From: Lytechinus pictus
Lineage: Eukaryota
NCBI RefSeq assembly: GCF_037042905.1
Contig: NW_026974141.1
Span: forward strand, 248,001-312,000
Reading direction: 5' to 3'
DNA length: 64,000 bases
Positions 13,549 through 24,899 of this stretch are shown here, in pieces (the first letter of the stretch is position 1; each line of letters opens with the position of its first letter). The notes below the pieces were generated by a model. It saw only the letters and a program-made list of their open reading frames with translations, did not search any database and was not told the origin of the DNA. Position numbers and translations under genes: made by a program.

Positions 13549-14077
13549 AGGGGATAGACACCTTTGTAACAAGTGGATTGTGTGGAAACAGAAAAATTAA
13601 AGAATAAGATCAAAGAAAGTTTCAGAAAAATCGGAAGAACAACGAGAAAGTTATGAGCATTCGAGTATTGCGATCACTAATAACTTTCCCTTTGGTGGAG
13701 TATGAAATACCCTCAAATGTATCTTTTTAATATTTCTCATGGTGATACGAAAATTACTCTTCATCCATTATGCACTTTTTTAACTGCATTACATGTACAT
13801 GCCCTCTTTTAGAAAGAATACATGAGCTACTGATAGATGTGATAAAAAGGGCAGTATTAAAAGTGAAATATATAGCAAAAAATTGGGACAGTTGTTCACG
13901 TCACATCACACATCTTTGTCGCATTGCCAATTGGAGGATCTATAACAATAATGATCTAAACTTCAAATACTTATACCTTTCTTATCATTTATTCAATTTT
14001 TCTCAAACTTTCGTTGATCTGTTTTTTTTTTTTTTTTTTTTGCACTTATCTATCTTGTTCTAAAGGTTTCATTTTCC
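13549..14077. mobile_element. Non-autonomous DNA transposon (MITE), TTAA target (Kolobok/piggyBac type)
   Basis: TTAA|AGGGGATAGACACCTTT ... AAAGGTTTCATTTTCC|TTAA, with imperfect inverted ends. Confidence 0.6.
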
Positions 14078-14289
14078 TTAAACGAGCTAACGATTATACA
14101 CAAAAAATCATTTCTTTTTTGACGAAAAATTGTATGCAAATTCAGAAAGGTAACCTCCATGGCAGAAGCGAATTCAATATATAAAACGCTTACTTTTATG
14201 TCTTTGTTGTGAGTAAGGACTCCAAATCTAATTTTCTGATTTCGGGAAAAATGTCATGCAAAGCTAAAGAGAGGTGCATGACAAAGCAA

Positions 14290-14869
14290 GTTTGAAGAGT
14301 CAACCCCAATAAGAAGTTGATTTGAACAAAAGGAGAAAATTCCAACTACAATGTAAAATTTAATCGAAATCGGATGTAAAATAAGAAAGTTATGCCATTT
14401 TAACGTTACTAAGCTTAATTTTAGAAAACAATCACATTTATGCACATCCTCGTCGGTATGCAAATGGGAGACTGATGACATCACCTACTTACTATTTCTT
14501 ATGTATTCCATTATATGAAATAATTTAATTTTCTCCTCATTGTCATTTGAAAAACAGAATAACTCCTACCTAAACATGTGGAATCACCATTGTTTCAACA
14601 TTTTGTAAATCAGTCAAGTTGCTTATTATTGTCATATTTTTGTTAAAAGCGCAAAGCGATTCCGCTCTTCAGGCTTAAAAGTGAGTGAAGGACATCATCG
14701 ACCTCTCATCTGCATATCACTAAATTATGTATATAACTGTTTTGTGAAAAATGAGCGAAAGTTTAAAATGTCTCATTTTACATTCGATTTTGATAATATT
14801 TTCAGCGTTATGCTTGTTTGATTTTTTTCGATCAATTCTATCAGCATTCTTCTGGAGTAGACTTGACCT
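14290..14869. mobile_element. TTAA-target MITE, same family as 59950-60533
   Basis: Shared internal blocks (ATCGGATGTAAAATAAGAAAGTTATG; TGCACATCCT...GCAAATG...GACTGATGA). The right end is GACTTGACCT|TTAA and the left end is degenerate. Confidence 0.7.
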
Positions 14870-15354
14870 TTAAGAAATCTTGAAACGTCTACCCTCAGGC
14901 CTTTAATGTTTGGACATTGTGAGCTGATTAAAAGATCAATTATTTTCGTCGTTTTTGTGGTTACATTTATTTGCTACTTAAATCTAGAAACTGTGCGGCA
15001 CCTGATATTTAACTCTCCAAACGGTTCTGAGGGCATGACATGTGAGTAAGAAATAAGGTGACTGTCCCAATATTTTTTTTCAAGTATTGAGGAGTAGAGG
15101 AGATAAAAAAAAAAGAAGACAAAGAAGGTAAAAAAAAGTAGTAAAGAAGAGTATGAAACTAAATGTCATAGTCACGTAACTTTCTCTGTCCTTTTCATCA
15201 TATTGAGAAAGAACGACATAACTTTAAGGTTATCTTTCACCCTTCAAAAATATTTTGACATCGCTCTGATACCATGGATACAGACATGAAGTCCACAAAA
15301 GATCCCTCACGAGTTCTAGAAAATATTGTATTTTGAAATCACAATAAATTATCC

Positions 15355-15635
15355 TACTCTAAATGCAAAGGAGCTAATCTGGTTCCTAATCACACTCCTC
15401 TGAGAGCTAGATGAGAAACCAGTCCTAACGGAGTGATATTTCGGTCTTTCAAGAGTGAATCTGCACCTCTTTTGGAGTGAAAGTGTGAAAAAATGCACAT
15501 TTTCACTTTTTAAAAAAAGGAAAAAATCACTCTTGGAAGACCGAAATATCACTCAATTCGGACTGGTCCCTTATCTTACTCCGAGTGGAATGTGATTAGC
15601 AATGATTAGGAATCAGATTAGCTCTCTTGCATTAA
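15355..15635. mobile_element. Palindromic MITE
   Basis: GCAAAGGAGCTAATCTGGTTCCTAATCA pairs with TGATTAGGAATCAGATTAGCTCTCTTGC. The inner GAGTGATATTTCGGTCTTTCAAGAGTGA pairs with TCACTCTTGGAAGACCGAAATATCACTC. Confidence 0.8.
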
Positions 15636-15867
15636 AAAAAAAAGAACTTTTTGTTAAAACGTATGTTGTTTAAATGATGCGGTTATTTATGCATTTTAGG
15701 GAATGGATGATCTCCGAAACATAATAAATATACAGGTTATGGGCAAAAAATAATGTTGCGATAATAAAAATCAGAATATATTCTCCCCCCCCCCCCCCAA
15801 ATGATGTTTATGTTCATTTTGTCGACTATTGTATATATTATTGTTTTGTTGTTTAGATTTCTGTTGA

Positions 15868-15946
15868 TACAGGGCCCCTTGGTCGAGCAGTTTTTATAAC
15901 TGAAAAGGGCTACCCTGTTAAAATAAAACGACAAATAAATAAGCAA
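15868..15946 (+). mobile_element. 3' end of L2/CR1-group LINE
   Basis: CAGGGCCCC...CAGTT..AACTG...GGGCTACCCTG stem-loop followed by AATAAA and a short (AAAT)n tail. Confidence 0.6.
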
Positions 15947-16867
15947 ATCATGCCATACATGTACACCACCATATATATTTTCGGTGGATTTACTAAGAAC
16001 TATAATGATGTGATGTGCCTATGACACCGTCTGACAGTTTGTTTCTTTGTATTTTGCTACTCAGATTTTTGGGAAGGAAAATGTCGACCTATTTTGTGGT
16101 TAATAATTATCATTTTTATTCATTCTAAGAATCACAAAATCCTTTCCCATACTACCTACAGTAAACAATTATTCTCCCTATGAACTCCACCCCCCCCCCC
16201 CCCTATTATGAAAACATGAATCTGCCGCACATTTTTATTTACGACGGCATTGTAAGTATTACTGATTATTCCATATCCCTTTTTTTTCATTCGGAATAGT
16301 TTAATGATGATTTCTTATACACATTATTGAAAATGTAATTTATTCACTATCTACAGTATATAGATTTATGAAAGTCGAGACCACAATTGAGAAAAAAAAA
16401 TAGGTCGTTGTGTAAGTCCTGAATAATTTGCTATTTTTGGACAATTATTTTCCTGCATAATTCCCTCACCGCTGCCCCCTTCCCTCCTCTTTTCATAACT
16501 TTCATCCAATTTGGATTTAATTTAAACCAGTGTGTATGCGTCATTTCCTCTTGCACGTGTTCATTTCAGCATGGTTTCATTTTAATTCCATGCCCTAATA
16601 TGTGTCCTAATAGCTTTAGGAGTTTCTGATTGAGGTTCCTGTTTAATTCGGTACTCACAACTGATAATAAAAACTAAATGAATAAAATTCATTTTCACGT
16701 GATTGGATAAAAGCCTACTTCTTTACGAAAATATCTAGTAAGCGTTTATCGTGGAGAAAAATATGTCCATATTCTAAGCATTCATGTGTGACGAATTCTG
16801 GTTGTAATATTTATCAATAAAAAACAAATCATCAGACGAATATAGTAGATTAAAAATAATCGTCATA

Positions 16868-17190
16868 ACTTACTACTACTACTACTTCTCACTACTGTTA
16901 CTACTACTACTACAACTACTACTAATTATATTACTNNNNNNNNNNNNNNNNNNNNNNNNNNNNNNNNNNNNNNNNNNNNNNNNNNNNNNNNNNNNNNNNN
17001 NNNNNNNNNNNNNNNNNNNNNNNNNNNNNNNNNNNNNNNNNNNNNNNNNNNNNNNNNNNNNNNNNNNNNNNNNNNNNNNNNNNNNNNNNNNNNNNNNNNN
17101 NNNNNNNNNNNNNNTACTACCACTACCATTACTATTACTTCTTCTCCCCCTCCAACTACTAATAATTCTACTAGTTTCACTACTTTTACC
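16868..17190. repeat. (TAC)n simple repeat around N run 16936-17114
   Basis: TAC/CTA runs on both sides of the N stretch. Confidence 0.9.
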
Positions 17191-20100
17191 CCTACTTCCA
17201 TCACAACTCGCTCTTCCATTACCAGAATAGTTTCACTAAACCAAACGACTTCAAGTCGACGCCGTTTTCATGAAACGTCTCAAAAAGATTTCAGCGAACA
17301 AAACAGACATTTAGATAAACGCTTCTAAACGCAATTTTGGAGGATAGTAAGTATATGACTGAATTTGATATTATTTTGAGACTATACACGATACACTTAA
17401 TCAAGTAAGACAGTTAGTGTTTCATTTTCCTGTTGATTTGTATAAATTATTTAGGCTAGTTGAAATATCAGAAGAAGAAAAAAGGTGACGAAGCTATATG
17501 GCCTGACGGAAGGAACGGTCGCATAGAGTGTTCTCAGTTTGGTAACAGTGATTTCACAGTGTGTTTACCCTGTGTGTAAAGTGATTCACATTGTTCAAAT
17601 GCTGGTAGCCAGCACAGTGAGTGAAATACCACACTGTGAATACCTCTAACCTCTGAGTGTCCACATAGCCGACAATGTGTTCATATATATGAGAATATTT
17701 AATTCACACTGTTAAATGGTCAAATCAAATATAATATCGCAATGTGAACGGGATTTCAGATTGTGTTCACACAGTGAAACAGTATGAGACCATCCTCAAT
17801 TTTCAACAACAGCTTAGGTGTTAAAATAACAATGGCTCAAATAAGATCTGGGACACTTTACGCGGTGATACCTTGACATGGGCATGACCAAATGACACTA
17901 AAATATCAGCAGGTCAACTCAGACAGTGTGAACGTTCCATAGACAACTTCACTGGCGACATGGACTTCCAAGGATGCAGGCCATCGTTGCCACGCTACAA
18001 GTTGACATTCAATCCTATAGTTTTAGATATACCCCGGGAACTATTTTTGTGGGGGTACAAGCCCGGGTGACTTCCTGCTTCTTTTAATTCAATTTCCCTC
18101 TGTCTCAGGAAAGTCAAACCCTGACTCATGCCATCTTGGAGGACTTATAAAGGATATCATGAGAGTCTTCGACGGTGAGGTTTTAAAAATAGAGTTCATA
18201 GAGGCGATGTAGGGCTTGATGTCGCAATGATTAGCTGCAGTCCCACGTAGTGAAAATAGGGTGTGTCATGAGCACGAGCTCAATGTATCCCTCATCGCGC
18301 CAAAGCAGCACTGATGAACCTTCAAGATTTATTCTACTCTGCCCTTTAAGATTTTTTCACAGGTTTTTTTTTATTTTTTTTTTACCTTATTGCGTTAACA
18401 ACTTTCATAATTACAGTTTTTAGGTAACTTACTTCACTTTAAAAGATTTGAATTGTGTATGGTACCAAGCACTTGATTATGATGAGTGTTATTAATGATT
18501 ATAGATACACATTGATAATAATATCAACACTAATAATGATGATGAAGATAATAAATTATAATAATAATAATAATAATAACATCAATAATAATAGCAATAT
18601 ACAATAATGATAGAGACGTTATAATCTGAACATGCAATTCTAACGAAATGATATCGACAAAACTTTTAAAGATAGCTTTAGAATACGTATTTCCCCAGCT
18701 ACTTGGCCACCAGCAAAATATTTTCGACCTAGTTAAGGATTACATCTGCATTTTTCAAATTAGTTTAATTGTTTAAGTTTTGTCGGGTATTGGTTATATA
18801 ATTATGATTCACTGATCTCTAGAGACCCGGAGAGTGTCTATGAAAAACATGAATAATTATGGAAGAGGAGTGTCGAGGCATACATCCCTACTAATCTTTA
18901 GATTATGACACTGCTATCATCTCCCACACCCTAAACAGTCCTCTAAACCTCTTATCACCTAGAAGGTCGGACAATTATTCCGAGAAAGAAAGAGAGAGAG
19001 CGAGATTCGTTTTGATTTATTCTTGAAATAACCCTACAAAAGGGATATTACATTAATTTATTATGTTGCACAATTTTTCAGCACACAACAAAAACCTCCA
19101 CCCGCCACAACAACAAATGTTTAAAGATTATGACGTGTACATGAACCCGCATTAAAAGAAATTAATAGAATGCAAAAACACCTTTCTTTATTAATAAGGC
19201 AAATTCTTATACCAGTCCGTAGCAAATGTACACATTTTACACGAAATGATATGATATCTAGTTCATTTCCATTGCCGATGACCATTCTACAATTCAATTT
19301 GCTGATGCCGTGGAAACCTTATTGAAATTTCAATACATTCTGTTACCATTGTCCGATTTACTCTAATATAATCAGAAACCTATTAAAAGCTGTGTGATAT
19401 GAAAGAATATTTTACTCCTTCACACACAAAGTAATAAATATTCCAGTTTGCATACCAAATGAAACACTGGCAACATGTTTTGTGCCATCCTGCATCATAT
19501 GGAGGAAAAGGGGCAAATATGCACCTTTTTGTTCTTACTTTTACCTGGAAATATCCGTTTGCAACAAGTGAGAAGGTGCAAAGTTTTAGTGACATTCAGT
19601 GCCTGCCTTTCGCGTACAATAGCTGCAGACTAAGCACCTTTCCTACGGGATACAACTCTGCAACCTGGAAGTGTGGATAGTATAGTTAATTGCAATTCAA
19701 TATACAAATAGCAGGAGCAGCAGCAGCCCAGGGCAAATCGTTGAACCCCAAAATATCACCCAGCCCCCCCCCCCCCCCCATCCCTGTGCTGCATCTAAAG
19801 GGAGAACAAATTGTACATTCCTTTTGACATGTTTGAATGTTTAGAGTTTTAAAATTTTCACCAAAAACGTTATTGCTTGCAATCGAAATAATATTCAATA
19901 AAAATGTACACGAATACACCCGCGCACTCACTAGCAAACACCGAACTACACCAACACCCACCCCTGTACATAGCCAAACACAAAAGAAGTATGTTGAAAA
20001 CAATATGAGAAACATAATACAAAGGATATATGTTACATATCACATCGTGCAAATAACAATGAATCGACTAGACACGACACATTACTCAGGGGTAAAAACG

Positions 20101-22197
20101 TAATCGATTCGACTCTTCAGGCTTAAGAGATCATTGATAAAATCTGCGTCTTCCCCAAACAAATAATTGGATGTTCAAATTCAGTAGTCATGGTATGAAA
20201 TAGTGGACTGTGGTTATCTTCCATGATGTTTTTTTTATTGAAATGCTATCTTTGCGGCAAGTCACGGATGTGCCATGGGTTCGGACTGGCTCAAAATAAA
20301 AACCTAAATATTAAATCTTCTCGGATGATATATTATCTGGCTATTTCCCATTTTCATGATTTTTGAGCCGTAGGATAATTTTACGATAAAAATCTGATTC
20401 CCAACGCGTGACACACACGTAGGCTTATCTCTATAAACTTTAAAAAGAAGAGTAAAAGAATTTACCCAATATTGGGGAGGAAGGGAACAGCATGTTTGCT
20501 GTGTAATTTATGAGTTTAAAGGGTAAATTTCAGCGCCACATTGCGTAAAGTTTGCCAAGTATTTAGTATCATTTTACCCAGCAAACATACATGTTCCCAT
20601 TTTACCCAATATTAGATAAACTTTTTTGTATAGTCCTAACATTGTGCTTACTTTACTTTTAAAAATTATATTAAAAATATCATTCCAAGGGTACTCTAAT
20701 CAGTCCTAAGAGAATAATGTTCTATAATTATATAATATCTCCAATAAATGCAGGTATATACTCGAAACGGAATAAAAAGAATGCGTAAAATCTTTTAATA
20801 ACATAAAGGGATTTGCTTGAATACTTATTATTAACATTCATCTGTAATTCTTAAACGTGCAGTGATATATACATGATCTTAATAAATCCATAATTTCTGC
20901 AAACCACTTGGCAATGGGAGAATACATTGCACGTTTTAGTATTCCAGATGATCATTTATAATGAGTATTGAACATTCCTTAATGATCTGTTTGTTGTGGC
21001 CATGCAGCAGATTTATATACCTTCTGTTGAGCAAGTTATAAGATATAGTCTACTGAAACTAATACCATGGAATTTTATTGATAACAAATGAAATAAAGTT
21101 AAATGAACGCAGTGTTTTATTCCATGTATCGAGTCTTTGAAATTTTATACGTGACGAGGAAATTACTTGAAACATTACTTAATAAAGATGATCGATACAG
21201 ACAATTTTGAATTTGATGAATGCAGCATTGAAGCAAAGCAATGAGAAAAGGCAAATCTTATGGATGCATATAGGCAACCGATATGCGTTTTAATGGAAAA
21301 GTACAACGTAACCAAAACTCAAGTATTTACATGTATAATGTATTAGCCTTCCAGTAAAAAGTAGACATATTTTAATGAGAATTGAAAATAAAGGGAGAAA
21401 TGTTAAATACTAAGCCCCGATAAATAGACCCAAAAATTAGTTGTTGATGCAATGCCAGGAATAAATATGAAAAAATAATGTATACATACTTATTTATAGT
21501 AGACAAATAAGAACATAAAGTACCATTGCCAGACGTGATCACATGACGTGTAAATATATAAAAAGAAACGGAATTTCTGTTTACCCTTCTGCTTATGCCC
21601 CAAGTAGTTCAACCAGCCCTTTCCACATCCTTTTGTTTATTTCGAAATAACAACGGGACAATAATTGTCATAACGAATAAAGAGCTGACATATCTAACAG
21701 GAGTGTATCCTTCTTATTAAGTAAATGACCTCGGTAATTTCAATTAAGTTATATCACGCAAAAGGGTACAAAAATACGGATCAAAACACAATTAGATTGG
21801 GTGGTCCTTTTCAGGACCAACACTTGCCCAAGAAAGATACATGGTGTACAGTGAAACCTACTACACTACAATGAAAATGTTCATGTAATAGTTTACATCG
21901 TTAATAAACATGATGAATATATAGATTAAAACCAATTACCGATCTGGAGAGTGTTTTAATATTCGCAGACTAACGTTGATGGCAGCATACCCGCATTGTC
22001 AGCGGAGGCTAGCTTTCGAAATATTTTACAGTTCCCTGGCGCAAGTTAAGGGATTTTACTCTCATGTGTGTTGACGTCAAGGAAACATTTTTTGGAGTGA
22101 ACCTATAGGGAGAACAATACTTTAAAGAAAGTGACATTTTCCTCGAATTTAAGTTGTTAAACTTAAAGGGCGAAATTTACTCTCTCAACAACGAGTA

Positions 22198-22446
22198 CAC
22201 TGTAAAAAATATTTGGTAAATTTTTTTATCACCACGAGGGTATTATATGTCCAACCAATTTGGGGCAGTATTTTATTCAATGCGGGAAGCATATTGTCCA
22301 GTAAGGTTAAAAAAATAAGCAACTATTACTTTAGAATGGGCACAATTTTCATCACACTGGATAAATAAAAGTGCCCAATGTTGGTTGGACACATAATTAC
22401 CCACATCACTGCTCATGGAACACTTTTACCCAATATTTTTAGAGTG
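22198..22446. mobile_element. MITE with CACT termini and TA duplication
   Basis: TA|CACTGTAAAAAATATTTGGTAAA ... TTTTACCCAATATTTTTAGAGTG|TA. Relatives lie at ~1900-2127, ~20430-20635 and 53459-53671. Confidence 0.75.
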
Positions 22447-23629
22447 TAAAATTCACTCTTAATCCAGTGAATAATATTCACTCTCTCCGGTGAGTGAATT
22501 ATTCCCTTGAATTTGTTTCAGAGTGTATTTCAATGGAAACCCAACGTTCATGATTTCTGTCAAGCAAAGTGAAGTGAGTCAGAATAAAAATGATAGAAAT
22601 TTATGTCCACAATTTATTTGCACTTGAATAAGACATTGAGGTTTTATTATGACCAGAGATCACGGAACGTCATTATCCTGTAAATTATAAATATGAAGCG
22701 AATTTCAGTTTTTTGATTGATCAAATTATGGATTTCACTTGCCGAATTTTCAAAAGTACGAAATAGTTAGTTTATGTCGTTAAGAATGACAACTCTGTAG
22801 ATATCTTTTCACTCCATTAACGAAAGTCAAGAATTCCCCTCAAAAATTGACGTGAATTTAGTATATAGTATTGTATTATGGTTTTGTCATTAATGTTGTT
22901 ATCTTTACTATAATTATTTTCAATGTTATCATCATCTCATACGTTTTTTTATATTATCAATTAGACTGTGGTAATTTCGTAATATGTCTCTCCTACCCCC
23001 CCCCCCCCCGATCCATTAAAAATTCATTGCTTTGCTGACCTGATGAGATATAAATAAAGAGCAAACTTTATCTGAAGTGGATATGGATGTAGTAAAGCGC
23101 CCTCCTGTGCTAAAGGGTACGTTCATGAAAGAACAACAATTTCCCCTACGGCGAGTCGAAAAAAGCTTTTTTATTCAAACCACCTATACTATAGTATAGG
23201 TAGATGGTACAAAAAAAATAAACGGTTGTTTCCTACTCGCCATACGCCGCAGCTGAGCAAATGTGATTGAGGTATCAAGATAAATGTAAATACTAGTACA
23301 TAACAGTTGCTCTAAACACTGATCTCATGAGAAAGCGTGTGAAATCAAGGCCACTTCCATTGACGTAAGAGTTCCTCTTACGCGTTTTTTTTTTTTTTTT
23401 TTTTTTTTTTTTTGGGGGGGGGGTCACGCAATGCGTGACAAAAAAAACCGCGTAAACATGGTAAAAGGAACTCTTTTTCGAGATAGGGCACGTTACGTAC
23501 CTAACGTAATATGGGCCCGGTGTCAAAAACACTAAGATTATGAAAAAAGGTATATATTTCGCTAGAAAAACTACGTGTTTACGATCCAATTTGCGAGGGT
23601 ATAAATAGACTAACATATTTTATGACTAA

Positions 23630-23862
23630 TGTTATTTTACACTAACTTCCCTTTGTGTCTGCCTACTCCTTTTCTTTCATCCCCTTCACTAACCTGATTG
23701 GTCTTCTCTACTCACTAATGCCCCTTTTGTCTCCTTGTTTCTAGTGTTGCTGTAGCTTGTTTGTGGTCTATATTATGGTTGTTCCACTTTATATGTTTGT
23801 CATTTTGCCTCCGACGAAGATTCTGCTAGGATCGAAAGCTTAGGCCCCTTTTTTGACTTTAT
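23630..23862 (+). mobile_element. Penelope-like element terminal (pseudo-LTR) fragment
   Basis: Pyrimidine-rich tract ending in CCGACGAAG-stem-CGAAAGCTT, the hammerhead-bearing end typical of Penelope-like elements. Confidence 0.6.
23807..23845 (+). ncRNA. Minimal type I hammerhead ribozyme motif (variant core)
   Basis: Stem I GCCT/AGGC; core CCGACGA; extra A; stem II GATTCT-gct-AGGATC; GAAA; palindromic AGCT in place of stem III. Confidence 0.55.
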
Positions 23863-24899
23863 ATTTTATGAAGGATATACTTTCTGTCGATTTGAGCGAG
23901 GTGTGTAGGGTGGTACTACACCCAATGAAAGTAAATCAGACTTCCGTGACATAACATTTAAGATATAATTGTACTTGTTTAGAGGGTCAATTCAGGGAAT
24001 ACTTGTGAAGGGTAGAGTTTCACACGCCAATACTTGTTAAGGGGTGCATTTTCAGAACATGGAATACTTATTAATATAATTTAGGGTGCTTTTCCAAACC
24101 CCATGGTCACGCATGGTATCCACTCGTCAATGGAAGTAGCCCCCCCCCCCCCGAATCAAGGCTGATATTGGCAATATATCATCGTACATCTAAATCTGGT
24201 ACAGTAACATAAACTGAACTTTGTGAAATCCTAAAATCTAAGCTGATAAATGGTCACATTGAAGATTGCCAACACAGATAAGCACATGTGGGACAATGTG
24301 TAGTTATTATTGCTTGAAAACAAAAAGAATTGGTGGAATGTCATGTTGATTTCCCAGCAATCACACAATTTCTTGTAGCATCTTTAGCATGTTTATAGGC
24401 ACATATTTCGTTATTCATAGTAGTAACTTTGGTGGATATTCTATTGGGTTCTGTACAAACCCATTTTGAAATCGTTACAACTGGCATTTATCGAATAAAA
24501 CAAAATTACCAACAATAGACATGATAGATATTGCTGAAGGTTTGGAAGGAAAATTCACCAAACCATATAAGAGATTGATGAACTTATAATCTGTGTGTCG
24601 TCAATGGTAATCATACAGATGCTTGGTTTGTCGTGTAATCAACATTCCGTAAATTCACAATTATAGTTGGTTTACGATGACTGACTTATATTTCATAGAA
24701 ACATGTATGGCAAAGTAATATCCAGTAGGCCTAACAAACAACAATTCTTAGGTGCAATCAATAATTCGCAGTCACTTTGAAAAAGCTTCCTCAACAAGTG
24801 TATGTCATGAGCAGAATTAGTTACTTGTTATTTGTGTTTAAACTTTCTTTTGATAAATTGTTCAACACTGCAGTCAATCAAAATGATAGAATAAGATAT

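Noticed and set aside
23040-23090. CTGATGAG as a second hammerhead core
   Set aside because: No stem II followed by GAAA, and no closing stem I.
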